28,227 nucleotides of DNA, from IMG/VR virus record IMGVR_UViG_3300029286_001043, positions 1 to 28,227 of that record. One strand, 5' to 3'. How positions within the stretch are numbered: position 1 is the first letter of the stretch; every line of letters starts with the position of its first letter. Made by a program: the position numbers and the translations under genes. This DNA comes from a virus. Its lineage: Duplodnaviria > Heunggongvirae > Uroviricota > Caudoviricetes. The notes beneath the pieces were generated by a model, which worked only from the letters and a program-made list of their open reading frames with translations, was not told the DNA's origin and did not search any database. Below are positions 8,795-17,989 of the stretch, piece after piece.

Positions 8795-9184
8795 CTAAGA
8801 ATTCGTTACTACTGTATGATTAAAGGTCTCATAATATCCTCTAATCCGAAACGTTAAATTTACATATACTGTACTATAATCCGGATCGGACTTAAATTCA
8901 ACTGCATCTATTAAAACACGATCATCCCAGGCTTCAATAGAAGCCTTAACCGAATCAGAAAGTCTATTTAATAGCCTATCGTTAATTGGCTCAAATAAAA
9001 GATTGCGAAGCCCTAAAGCAAATGTGGGTAAAAATATACGTTCACCTGGACTAGTTCTCAATATATTATCGATAGAACCTTTTACTGCTTCAACATTCTC
9101 ATCTAACTTCAGTTTCCCCTGAGTATCAGTAACCAATTGAGGATTTAAATCCGACCATACAACTAATTTTTGTTTAACAGCCAT
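8795..9184 (-). CDS. Baseplate wedge subunit, T4 gp25 / GPW-gp25 family
   Basis: AVKGSIDNILRTSPGERIFLPTF..GL..LLFEP...IEAWDDRV. Confidence 0.93.
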   Translation of the reverse strand: MAVKQKLVVWSDLNPQLVTDTQGKLKLDENVEAVKGSIDNILRTSPGERIFLPTFALGLRNLLFEPINDRLLNRLSDSVKASIEAWDDRVLIDAVEFKSDPDYSTVYVNLTFRIRGYYETFNHTVVTNS

Positions 9185-9194
9185 ATTAACTCCT

Positions 9195-10334
9195 TTACCA
9201 TTCTATTAGAACAAACCCACCTGTTCCTGCCCCACCTATGTATGAACCAGTATTACCTTCACTAGAACCACTACCGCCACCACCATATCCAACCCCTGGA
9301 TTTCCATTACCCGCTGCACTAGTTCCAGCACCACCTGTACCAAAATTCGACCCTCCACCTGCCCCACTATAGTTGCCATTAGCATCAGCAGTAGCTCCAT
9401 TCCCACCACCAAATCCAGTTCCGGGTAAAGAAGGTATGCCTGCAAGTCCATCCTTACTTCCCGAGTACCTATCGCCTCCTAATCCACCTGCTTCACCATA
9501 TTCTTTAGAAATTGCAGTTCCACCACGACCACCACCAGTTACACTATCCCCATTAAAAGTAGTGTTTCCTCCAGCTGTGGGATTTTGAACTGACCATCTA
9601 CCACCCTGTCCTCCAGCTCCAACTACATAAGCATAGTTATTACCTGGAGTAGTAGTTAAAGGAATCATTACTTTAGCACCACCTCCACCACCGCCACCAC
9701 CACCGTTGGTATCTGCTCCGCCTGCTCCTCCACCACCACCCGCTTGAATAGTATAAAGAATCTGTGTAACCCCTGTAGGGCAAAGCCAATTTCCAGTTCC
9801 TGAAGTATATAACTGTTTACCACTTGAATTTATACCTGAATATCCTGAAGTACCGATTCCAGAATAACCACTTCGCCCAGAATAACCTGAAACCCCAATT
9901 TGTCCACTATACCCAGAATACCCAGCTGGAGTGGTATAAATTAATTTAGTACCATTATAAGAAACAACTTTTCCATTACCAATATCAGTTTCATCTATTT
10001 CTTTCGTTCCTACTATCGACAGATCAGCAGTAGAAACTCCTGCACTGTAAAATATTCCACATTTACTCCCAGTTAAATGTTCTACTGCTGTAGTACTTTC
10101 TTTAGCTCTTGCTATTGTATAAACATTAGGGGCAGAATAACTCACCTCTACGAATTCTTTATTTGGATCATTGGCTGGATTAGCATAAATAACGCTATCC
10201 CAAATTAATACTATAAAGGTACCTGCCGAAGTAGGAAAATTATGTCCAGCAGTTAAAGTCATTGATAAAGCAACATCGGTAACTGTTGAAGCTAAATATG
10301 CATATCCAAAATTTACTCTTAAATATTTACTCAT
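9195..10334 (-). CDS. Gly-rich tail fibre/minor tail protein with a short Gly-X-Y (GYS) repeat
   Basis: N-terminal structural domain (..ARAKESTTAVEH..), GYSGYSGQIGVSGYSGRSGYSG repeat, and a C-terminal Gly-rich domain (SGTGNW.CP.GVT...QAGGGGGAGG...GGAGTGGFVLIEW). Confidence 0.75.
   Translation of the reverse strand: MSKYLRVNFGYAYLASTVTDVALSMTLTAGHNFPTSAGTFIVLIWDSVIYANPANDPNKEFVEVSYSAPNVYTIARAKESTTAVEHLTGSKCGIFYSAGVSTADLSIVGTKEIDETDIGNGKVVSYNGTKLIYTTPAGYSGYSGQIGVSGYSGRSGYSGIGTSGYSGINSSGKQLYTSGTGNWLCPTGVTQILYTIQAGGGGGAGGADTNGGGGGGGGGAKVMIPLTTTPGNNYAYVVGAGGQGGRWSVQNPTAGGNTTFNGDSVTGGGRGGTAISKEYGEAGGLGGDRYSGSKDGLAGIPSLPGTGFGGGNGATADANGNYSGAGGGSNFGTGGAGTSAAGNGNPGVGYGGGGSGSSEGNTGSYIGGAGTGGFVLIEW
9834..9926 (-). 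repeat. Collagen-like Gly-X-Y repeat (GYS/SGYSG)
   Basis: Translation GYSGYSGQIGVSGYSGRSGYSGIGTSGYSG; coordinates are approximate. Confidence 0.75.
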
Positions 10335-10660
10335 TCTACATATACCTGTCTATCGATTGGAGTTATTACCGCACCACACCCTGCTTGGGCGCCTTCAGTT
10401 ATTATTAATTTACCATTAACATAACTTTTAATTATTATAGCAGTTACTTGTGTTACCCCATGAAGCGGAATAGGACAAGTATGATCACAACCTTCCGCAC
10501 ATACTTCTATTCCACCAACTAAAAATTTATTATCTTGATTAGTACTAGTCAAGGTTCCTCCGTGATTACTGCCATCACCTAAACATGCAATCTTTCTTCC
10601 TGTACCTATTGCTTCTAAACCTGATCCGCCAAATGGAAAACTACCGAATGTTTCACTCAT
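10331..10660 (-). CDS. PAAR-like spike tip protein (T4 gp5.4-like); likely start MSETF at 10660
   Basis: IACLGDGSNHGG, CPIPLHG, VNGK..ITEG...GCGAVI (His/Cys metal ligands); directly after the gp5-like gene. Confidence 0.85.
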   Translation of the reverse strand: MSETFGSFPFGGSGLEAIGTGRKIACLGDGSNHGGTLTSTNQDNKFLVGGIEVCAEGCDHTCPIPLHGVTQVTAIIIKSYVNGKLIITEGAQAGCGAVITPIDRQVYVE

Positions 10661-10661
10661 A

Positions 10662-11165
10662 TTAAACTGGATTAATTGATACTGTTGTACCATTAACTAT
10701 TACATTACCTAACGCATCTATAAATATCCTTGCGGTAACTGGGTGAACAACATCTATTGTCTTGGCCGTGTCATCTATAATTACTTTTATTCCGCTTGAA
10801 CTCTTAATTACTTTTCGATTCGGATAATTGGTAGTCCTATCACTCGGCAATCCTTTTACCGCATCAGGCGCTTCACCAATATAAACTGGCTGATAAATAT
10901 CTCCCATCTCAAACATTACAAATACATTCGTCCCAATATCCGGAACTGCAAAATATCCAATCCCAGTTCCGGCACCTTCCCATATCGGGTACATCGGAAC
11001 TGCCCAAGGAAGATTAGTGGTCTCTACATCCGCTAACATCGGATAAATCTTTACCTTAACACGGCCATACTGAAGCGGATCGACATTATCCATTACGGTT
11101 CCTCGGTATATACCTGGGAATTTGTCTGAATGAATCTTTAAATTTGTCTTTCCTATTTCAGCCAT
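10662..11165 (-). CDS. Central spike protein (gp5/GpV OB-fold), short, with no lysozyme domain
   Basis: YRGTV.DNVDPLQYGRVKVKI...LPWAVP...G.G.FAVP.IG..V.V.FE.GD...PVYIG. Confidence 0.9.
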   Translation of the reverse strand: MAEIGKTNLKIHSDKFPGIYRGTVMDNVDPLQYGRVKVKIYPMLADVETTNLPWAVPMYPIWEGAGTGIGYFAVPDIGTNVFVMFEMGDIYQPVYIGEAPDAVKGLPSDRTTNYPNRKVIKSSSGIKVIIDDTAKTIDVVHPVTARIFIDALGNVIVNGTTVSINPV

Positions 11166-12385
11166 TATGCCTTCTTCTTTTTAGTTGCTCTCATCAAGGT
11201 ATTTTTAACGTCCGTGTCTATCCCCGTACGTGTAAGCAGAAGTTTAGTCAGATAAGTATCTCCAACCATCTGAACTACGCGTTCAACCAACCAATAACCG
11301 GAATATTGATATGAATACATCTTGTCTCCAATAATTCCCTGAGGAAAAAATATCTCGGCAGTATCTCCCGGACAAATGTTCGGCAATCCTTTAGTTGTAA
11401 TCCAAAGTTTAACCAAATTATTTACTCTATTTTGAAAACTTCCTTTTACTTGTCCATTGAAATTGCTAGTAAAATCATTACTTCTTCCAGTTTCCCAAAT
11501 ATACCCGCTTTCGTCAGTATCATTCTGATCGATCAGAAAAAAATCAGTAGTTGAAATAAATTCGCTGGCATCGTGTGATCCAGTTACAAATGTACTGGTA
11601 TCATAATTAAAATAAGCGTAATGTTGATCTCTGGAAGCGAATGTATTATAGATTTTATAATTATCTATAATTGAATAATTGTATATCTGGTATCTATCTT
11701 CGTATGGGGTATCTTTCAATATAAATTTATACTTTACGGACGAACTTATTAATTCATCCAAGCTCTTAAATAAAAAATACTTATTCTGCTTATAACATTT
11801 TACAAACGTCTTATACCCGCTCTCACCATTACTGCCTTCTAAATTATCAGCAAGATGATTTAAGAATTGAATATTAGACCATCTAGGTTGTAATACATTT
11901 TTAATATAGTCTAATGATTTTCCAATTTCAGTATTTAATATCTTCAATTCATTTACCGAAATATCAGTCAGGGTAGTACTAATACTCTGATTAAAACCTC
12001 GACAATAATCTGGCGAATACACCCCTTCAACATCGAGTAAACCGTTTATAGTATAAATGCCGTATGGCTGAGATTGATCTGATACCGGTTTTCTCCTGTA
12101 CACCATAAAATCCCAAGAGTTACGTATTTCAGATACGTAGTCATCAGCTAACTCGATATAAACTTTACTCATATTTCGGTCAAATGGGATAGTATGAATA
12201 AGGTCGCCGGTACCATCCACTAAAGACAAAGTAAACATCGGCAGAAAATGTTCTAAATCCTGAACAATAGTCAATTCCTTTAAAGTAGTAGGATTAGTAA
12301 ACATATCACTATCACCAAACTTTAATCTAAGGTGGTATCTTCCACTAGCTTCTACTTCTTTTTTATTACCGGTCTGAATTGACAT
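11165..12385 (-). CDS. Baseplate hub protein (T4 gp27 / late control D-like)
   Basis: Position between the gp53-like and gp5-like genes; C-terminal G.PNICPGD......YSGYWLVERVVQ. Confidence 0.75.
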   Translation of the reverse strand: MSIQTGNKKEVEASGRYHLRLKFGDSDMFTNPTTLKELTIVQDLEHFLPMFTLSLVDGTGDLIHTIPFDRNMSKVYIELADDYVSEIRNSWDFMVYRRKPVSDQSQPYGIYTINGLLDVEGVYSPDYCRGFNQSISTTLTDISVNELKILNTEIGKSLDYIKNVLQPRWSNIQFLNHLADNLEGSNGESGYKTFVKCYKQNKYFLFKSLDELISSSVKYKFILKDTPYEDRYQIYNYSIIDNYKIYNTFASRDQHYAYFNYDTSTFVTGSHDASEFISTTDFFLIDQNDTDESGYIWETGRSNDFTSNFNGQVKGSFQNRVNNLVKLWITTKGLPNICPGDTAEIFFPQGIIGDKMYSYQYSGYWLVERVVQMVGDTYLTKLLLTRTGIDTDVKNTLMRATKKKKA

Positions 12386-12386
12386 A

Positions 12387-12695
12387 TTAAGTCCGAGCCG
12401 TCCACTTCTTCTTAAATGTATACATATCTAAAATATTAGGAATAACTAAAGTCAATCCTACTTCTAAATCGGTAAATATATCTTGTATACCATTTACCAT
12501 CATAATCAACCACCAGAAGCTTACACTTCCGTATAACTTATAGCTAATCATATCTGGCCGCATTAAATCGTCCTGTCTAACAACGTAATAGCCGGCAGGA
12601 TAGTCCATTTCAAATTTAGTCAAATTATTGTATAGATAATCAAGTTCCTCTACATCATCAATGGTATTTGTAAAATAAAATTTTGTTCTATCCAT
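12387..12695 (-). CDS. Baseplate protein, T4 gp53 / LysM-like
   Basis: YYVV..DD.MRPDMISYKLYGS..FWWLIMMVNGI.D...L..G..L.IP. Confidence 0.85.
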   Translation of the reverse strand: MDRTKFYFTNTIDDVEELDYLYNNLTKFEMDYPAGYYVVRQDDLMRPDMISYKLYGSVSFWWLIMMVNGIQDIFTDLEVGLTLVIPNILDMYTFKKKWTART

Positions 12696-13540
12696 TATTT
12701 TTCCTTTTGAAATCCTAAATTATTATAAACCTTACCTAATTTTTGCTTGGTTAATACTTCATATGATTGCAAATTAACAGTTACTTCAGCAGCAACTGGG
12801 CCCTTTTCTGTCATTTTGGAATCAAATTTAACGGTTACATCATTTATTACTACCATATCTAAATAAAATCCACCATTGAATAAATCTATACTGATAATAT
12901 CGCCACTGCGTCCAAAGGATTGAGCAGCCTGATCGCTATTACCGAATACTTTACCTAATCCTTTATCTGCTCCTTTAGCAATATACATCTCATTCGGACC
13001 TGGCGGAATTAAAAATCCAGGAACAGGGCCATTGTAAAGTTTACCTAAATTTAATTCCATTTCGGCTGGCAAACACATCGATTGCAGTGCTTGACAGGCT
13101 TGAAGCACCTCTTTATCCGCATTATCATATGTACGAAATTTAAGTTTTAAAGTTGCCTGCAATGGATCAGAACCTGTCCATTTTCTTCTAGTCATTGCTA
13201 CATTATGTAAAGTTGCGCCGGTAGCTGCCTTCACACCAGAATTTATTATCCCTTCTCCGACTTTTGCTAGTTCATTAAGTCCCGGAATACTTATCAGCGA
13301 ATCCCAATGAGAACCGACTTTAAATTCAAAATCATCTTGAAGCCAGGCGTTAACCCGCCAGTGAGTATTCTCTATTACTACTCGGTATTTTTGATCTACA
13401 TATTGAAAAGCTGTCTCATTAAACCCGACAACCTTTCTACCATTTTGTGTTGGAGAGGTAAAACTTTTCTTAAAACTTATTCCAGTTAATGTTTCCGCAA
13501 TATCTTTAGTTTCGCCTTTTACCGTATCTATGAATGACAT
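12695..13540 (-). CDS. Baseplate-tail tube junction protein (gp48-like)
   Basis: Follows the tape measure gene; W.GSDPLQ.TL.LKF and FL.PP motifs of tube-fold proteins. Confidence 0.6.
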   Translation of the reverse strand: MSFIDTVKGETKDIAETLTGISFKKSFTSPTQNGRKVVGFNETAFQYVDQKYRVVIENTHWRVNAWLQDDFEFKVGSHWDSLISIPGLNELAKVGEGIINSGVKAATGATLHNVAMTRRKWTGSDPLQATLKLKFRTYDNADKEVLQACQALQSMCLPAEMELNLGKLYNGPVPGFLIPPGPNEMYIAKGADKGLGKVFGNSDQAAQSFGRSGDIISIDLFNGGFYLDMVVINDVTVKFDSKMTEKGPVAAEVTVNLQSYEVLTKQKLGKVYNNLGFQKEK

Positions 13541-13542
13541 AA

Positions 13543-15249
13543 TTACTCCACGTCTAGAGTTCCCATGCTCAAGGATTCGATCATAGGATCTCCGATAGTA
13601 GTAGCTTGAAAATTGCCAGATGAAGTTCCATTGCCTGTTTTTGCTGATTGTCCCAATTTACCAGTTAATCGGTCGATTGCCTCGGTTAATTTATTACTAC
13701 CTTCAATATTTAAAGATGATAATTCCTCAGCTGATTTCCGAACATGAATAACATCTAAATTCTCAGGTCTAATAGGATTTAAAATTTCATCATCAGGTTT
13801 AGTTTTTGCTTTCTCTAATGTTCCAGTTACCGCTCTGGTTGCATTTTGCAATCCCTGAGCAATTCTCTTTCCGCCAATTAATCCACCAGATAACCCAACA
13901 CCTGCGCCTACCGCTGCACCAATAGGACCGCCGACCATAAATCCAATTGCTGCCCCTTTAATCGTTCCCCAAAGCGCGTTCTTTGCTACATCCCCAACTG
14001 AAACACCCTTTTCGCCAACACCTGGTCCTGTACCGCCTAAAACTCCTCCTACTCCAGCAGCAATCTTTTGCCCACCGTGTAATTCCTCACCAGGTTTACC
14101 TAACCATCCTTTATCTTTAGCTGTTTTTTGAGCTTTAAAAGCGTCCCATACTCCCATTCCTAATCCGGCAATTCCGGCTAAAATAGGAGCGGCATTAGCC
14201 AGCATCGGACCTAATTTAGTTAATAACCCGCCAATACCTCCAGCTAATAATGATGAACCAATACCGGCTGAAGCGGTAGTACCAACTTGCTCTTTACCCT
14301 TTGTACCGGCAATCTTATTCAAAACATCCATCAAATCTTTTGTCCACTTCGTTCTATACGCGTCGTTTTGAAAGAAAGAAAACAAAGCATTACCAAGTCC
14401 GACAGAAGTAGTCTTTACCATTCCGCCTTGATCTTTACTGATTTGAGGTAAAGCCTTTTGAGATCGTGCCAGTCCTTCAGTAATCGTCCGACTCTTTTCA
14501 GCAACAGTTTCAGGAATCGGGTCTTTGCCTCCTGCAAATAATCTATCATGTGTTTTTCTTAACGATTCACTAGATTGTTCACTCTCAAGAGATAAATCAG
14601 AAGCCGCTGCCATATTTCCGACTGTAATTTTCTTTTGCCTCTGTTTCCGATATAAATCAAAAGCTTTAGTAGCTATTCCACCTAACGGACCTAACATAGC
14701 GCCGGCTACTCCTGCTCCAATACCTCCCAATCCCTTCATAGTTTCAGCCATTAACGGATGCTGCTTCTGAAATTGTTCCTGTTTAGTTCGGCCGACTGTC
14801 CTAGTTTTAGCCATCATCAATTCGGCAGATTTACCTAGTCGATCTAAACTTATTCCTGTCTTGCTCTCGGCTTCCTCAATCCTCTTCTGCATTGCAAATG
14901 AAAGCTTCTCTATTCCTTGTCCACGAAAGAATTTTATATTCTCGTCCAATTCATTAGTCAAATTAAATAGAGAATCAACTTCTTTTGCCGACGGCGTAGT
15001 CTTAGCATCTAATAATTTGTCAATCTGACTAACAATATCTTCAACCAAAGCAATACTCTTACCAGCCTTCTCTTGTTCAGCAGTCATCCTCTGACCTTGA
15101 TAAAGCGAAGATAATTTATCAAAGAATGAATGAAAGTCAGTATATTTAATTTGCATTTGTCGGAAAAGTTTTACCGACTTCTCATTGAATATAGAGAAAC
15201 CTTCTTTAGCAAATTGTTCTGACCATCCGAATGTTTTATTGTCCGACAT
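13543..15249 (-). CDS. Tape measure protein
   Basis: 568 aa, helical Lys/Ala-rich, with Gly/Ala hydrophobic stretches (GAAIGFMVGGPIGAAVGAGVG); lies directly after the chaperone pair. Confidence 0.8.
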   Translation of the reverse strand: MSDNKTFGWSEQFAKEGFSIFNEKSVKLFRQMQIKYTDFHSFFDKLSSLYQGQRMTAEQEKAGKSIALVEDIVSQIDKLLDAKTTPSAKEVDSLFNLTNELDENIKFFRGQGIEKLSFAMQKRIEEAESKTGISLDRLGKSAELMMAKTRTVGRTKQEQFQKQHPLMAETMKGLGGIGAGVAGAMLGPLGGIATKAFDLYRKQRQKKITVGNMAAASDLSLESEQSSESLRKTHDRLFAGGKDPIPETVAEKSRTITEGLARSQKALPQISKDQGGMVKTTSVGLGNALFSFFQNDAYRTKWTKDLMDVLNKIAGTKGKEQVGTTASAGIGSSLLAGGIGGLLTKLGPMLANAAPILAGIAGLGMGVWDAFKAQKTAKDKGWLGKPGEELHGGQKIAAGVGGVLGGTGPGVGEKGVSVGDVAKNALWGTIKGAAIGFMVGGPIGAAVGAGVGLSGGLIGGKRIAQGLQNATRAVTGTLEKAKTKPDDEILNPIRPENLDVIHVRKSAEELSSLNIEGSNKLTEAIDRLTGKLGQSAKTGNGTSSGNFQATTIGDPMIESLSMGTLDVE

Positions 15250-15427
15250 TAGATTTTGCTTTCTTTTCGTCTTCTTTTTGTTTATTCAATCTAGAATACA
15301 TCCAATCTATATCTCTAATATCCATATTATCAAAATCTGAAACACTCATCTTTAAATAATACAATAATCTAAACTGAGTCTCCAAAATTTCTTGTAAGGG
15401 ACTCACCATATGGAAAAAGCATTTCAA
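15236..15427 (-). CDS. gp51-like / tail-assembly-chaperone C-terminal ORF, possibly expressed by frameshift from 15369..16103
   Basis: FF......EILETQF.LLYYLKMS.SDFDNM...D.DWMY.RL.KQKE pattern. Overlaps the upstream ORF by 59 nt, and no clear SD precedes the internal ATG at 15409. Confidence 0.7.
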   Translation of the reverse strand: MKCFFHMVSPLQEILETQFRLLYYLKMSVSDFDNMDIRDIDWMYSRLNKQKEDEKKAKSNVGQ

Positions 15428-16103
15428 TTCGAAAGGGAACTGGCATCACACCAGTACCTCCGCATTCTGGGCATTCATACTTATATTCCATTTTTGGCCC
15501 GTGGAAAAATTTATCATGGAATGCGCGAATTATCGCTAAATCACTTACCGACAAATTTTCTAAATATTCTACTTTCTGAAAGCTGTTCAATTCTGGATAA
15601 GTAAGAGCTAATGCGTATCTATATAACCAGACATTCTGACCTGATTTATCCATCTCATCTACTTTAATCATGTCATTTACTGTCAACAGTCTTACTTTTA
15701 CCACATCACCACACTTCGGCAATTTTATTTCATATGGTTGTTTAAAATTGTCAGGAAGTTCAGTAACATCTAACTTAGATAAATCAACCACAAATTCAGA
15801 AGTCTTCCAACAGTGTTCACATTCATGCTTTAAAGTAAAATTAGGAGAATAAGAGTTCATTGCTTCCCATATTGCAACAAACAATCGGTCTCCTAAAGTA
15901 AGCTTCTCAACATCAACACCTTGAATAACACTTCTCAATACTGCGAGAAATTTCTTCTCGAAGTTATCTCCACTAATTTCAGATATTAGTTTTTCGTCTT
16001 TACCTTTGAGAGGACGGATAAGAATCTTGGACTTGTCTACACCTTCATAGGTTAGACACTTCGAGGGTAAATTAACAGGCAACCATTTCTCTTCAATGCT
16101 CAT
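15369..16103 (-). CDS. Baseplate hub/tail assembly chaperone, T4 gp26-like
   Basis: VNLPSK...Y...IRPL..KDEK, L.LGDR.F.....S, CEHC and CPECG zinc knuckles. Confidence 0.82.
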   Translation of the reverse strand: MSIEEKWLPVNLPSKCLTYEGVDKSKILIRPLKGKDEKLISEISGDNFEKKFLAVLRSVIQGVDVEKLTLGDRLFVAIWEAMNSYSPNFTLKHECEHCWKTSEFVVDLSKLDVTELPDNFKQPYEIKLPKCGDVVKVRLLTVNDMIKVDEMDKSGQNVWLYRYALALTYPELNSFQKVEYLENLSVSDLAIIRAFHDKFFHGPKMEYKYECPECGGTGVMPVPFRIEMLFPYGESLTRNFGDSV

Positions 16104-16135
16104 TGTGCTCCTCCTTTGTTTTTATTCGGAGTAAC

Positions 16136-16702
16136 TTAATACACGGTTTCAACTACATCAACACTCATATCAACATCAACACTAATAATAGTATTTGTTG
16201 CATAGTCTAAATTATACTTCGGCATTCCTAATGGAAATACTCCAGAAAATTTATACCGATTTACAGGAACCCCAGTTGTATCAAGAAACAGTAAATATAT
16301 CATCTTCGCATATTTTGTCTTAGGAGCGTAAAGACCAGATGGACTGATCATTGCTTTTCTCCATTGCGTAAAATATGTAGTAACTAAATCAGGTACTGTC
16401 TTTAGAAAGGTTAGTTTCATTGTTTCAATCTTCATCCCACCTGGATATTTAGCTTCAAATGCGCCAAATCGTGTAGTATCACTCTCTATTGTATAATCAC
16501 CGAATGAAATCTTTTGGCACATCTTGGATAAAAGTATTCCCGGCATCGGAACAAACCCGGCCATAAAAGTAGGCAAGACGATCTCCCACATATAATTCCG
16601 CTGAAAATGTATACCATTGAAATCGGTGGTAAACAATCCAGAAGGATTAAGTGATTGAAGAGCTGACTTGCCTACTTTCGAATAATCGCCGAGTACACTC
16701 AT
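16136..16702 (-). CDS. Tail tube-like protein (gp54 / tube initiator)
   Basis: QRNYMWEI..., L.F.......YF..W...I...G.Y...Y...I......G....Y.F.GVFP motif; paralogous to the adjacent tube gene. Confidence 0.7.
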   Translation of the reverse strand: MSVLGDYSKVGKSALQSLNPSGLFTTDFNGIHFQRNYMWEIVLPTFMAGFVPMPGILLSKMCQKISFGDYTIESDTTRFGAFEAKYPGGMKIETMKLTFLKTVPDLVTTYFTQWRKAMISPSGLYAPKTKYAKMIYLLFLDTTGVPVNRYKFSGVFPLGMPKYNLDYATNTIISVDVDMSVDVVETVY

Positions 16703-16704
16703 TA

Positions 16705-17220
16705 TTAAGCGCTAACCTCAATATTGTCAACTGCAAATGTTATAGGATATTTAACAATCCCATTTGTCTCATAGCTTAAAGACACCTGTCCTAAAGATGA
16801 AGGATAGCATCCCTTAAGTTTAATTGTTCTTACTGTTGTTCCAGTAGTAGAAATTAAGGTCAACAGAATATCAGTCTTAATTGAAGAATCCCCTGCACCT
16901 AATCCTGTACCTAATGCTACAATCTCTTCCATCCAATCATTAACTGCATCATAAACTTTGTGATCCTCTCCCTCAATGAATGTACATTCGAAGGTATGAG
17001 CAATTGCAGCTTTACCTGGCACAACTATTCCAGGTGTTTGCTTATAAGGAATAGGAATTGACTCAAATGTCCTAGCAGGAATTTGGGCGGTCTGTGCTCT
17101 TAACTGATATGTTTCTACTTCCCCACCACCAATAGGCGTAGGGATTATTACTTCCCACAAATAATCTCGCTGTGGATTTGTGAGATTTGCTTTTAATGCA
17201 TCACTCGACATATTTGGCAT
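16705..17220 (-). CDS. Tail tube protein (T4 gp19-like)
   Basis: NPQRDYLWEV, AQIP, TF.CTF.E.ED......DW, LKGCYPSSLG.VSLSYE. Confidence 0.88.
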   Translation of the reverse strand: MPNMSSDALKANLTNPQRDYLWEVIIPTPIGGGEVETYQLRAQTAQIPARTFESIPIPYKQTPGIVVPGKAAIAHTFECTFIEGEDHKVYDAVNDWMEEIVALGTGLGAGDSSIKTDILLTLISTTGTTVRTIKLKGCYPSSLGQVSLSYETNGIVKYPITFAVDNIEVSA

Positions 17221-17239
17221 CTTAATTTTCTCCTTTTAT

Positions 17240-17989
17240 TTAATGCTTACTATTTTCAAATACCGATTCAACATTTTTTATTTTTCTTAAACAATGATCT
17301 TCCCAATCTTTCTGAAATAAATCAGTATCATCTAAAAATACTACTCTCCATCCAAAATTATTAAATAGCCGGCTCCTTTCAGCTATATAACCTTCTACCC
17401 CATTTTTATGATATAGTCGTTTAAAAACTTCAGAAAATACTTCTATCACAACTTTAGAGCCGTTTACATTTACAAAATCAGGATTCAGATGTTTACCTTC
17501 TGACGTTATCCAAAAACTACCATTACCAGTATATTGATAAGGAAGAGAATATTTAGTAATCATATCTAGTATTTTAGTTTCATAAGATGTAATTTTATTT
17601 CTTCGACATGATTTTTTACTACTATTGTGCCCCCAAATATATTTTTTACTGCTTTTACTTCGGCAAACAAATGTTTCACCACATCCACAAGCACAAGTTC
17701 GTGTTTCTCGTTCTTGATAATTATGTGGTCTCTTACCTTTAAGATGAGCAAAACAACTTTCTCTTAAACCTGGATTTTTAATGAAAGATATTTGCGTGCC
17801 TTTAGAAATATTCTTACTTATTTCTTTAGCCCGTTCTGATCCATATCTCTCAATAAGTGTAAGACCTTTGTTATGAGGAGCTTTTCCCCGTTTACTCTCC
17901 CCATAACAAAGTCTTGAACAGTATTTAGCATTTGATCGATTTGGAGTAACTTTAAATTTCTTTTTACAAATCAAACAAACTTTTAACAT
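17240..17989 (-). mobile_element. Free-standing putative homing endonuclease with Zn-binding N-terminus and Vsr/DUF559-like PD-(D/E)XK C-terminal domain
   Basis: CLICKKKF..KYCSRLC, CACGCGE, basic NUMOD-like segments; C-terminal NPDF....KVVIEVF...H....R...F...GWRVVFL. Inserted between sheath and tube. Confidence 0.7.

Noticed and set aside
9236-9451. Alternative-frame minus-strand ORFs (9236..9451, 17566..17751)
   Set aside because: They are nested in other frames of stronger genes and arise from biased codon use (GGT/GGA runs, AT-rich sequence).
9690-9745. CCACCA/CCGCCA tandem runs as a DNA repeat or CRISPR array
   Set aside because: They are simply poly-Gly codons; there is no repeat-spacer structure. 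No CRISPR array, tRNA or rRNA was recognised anywhere in the window.
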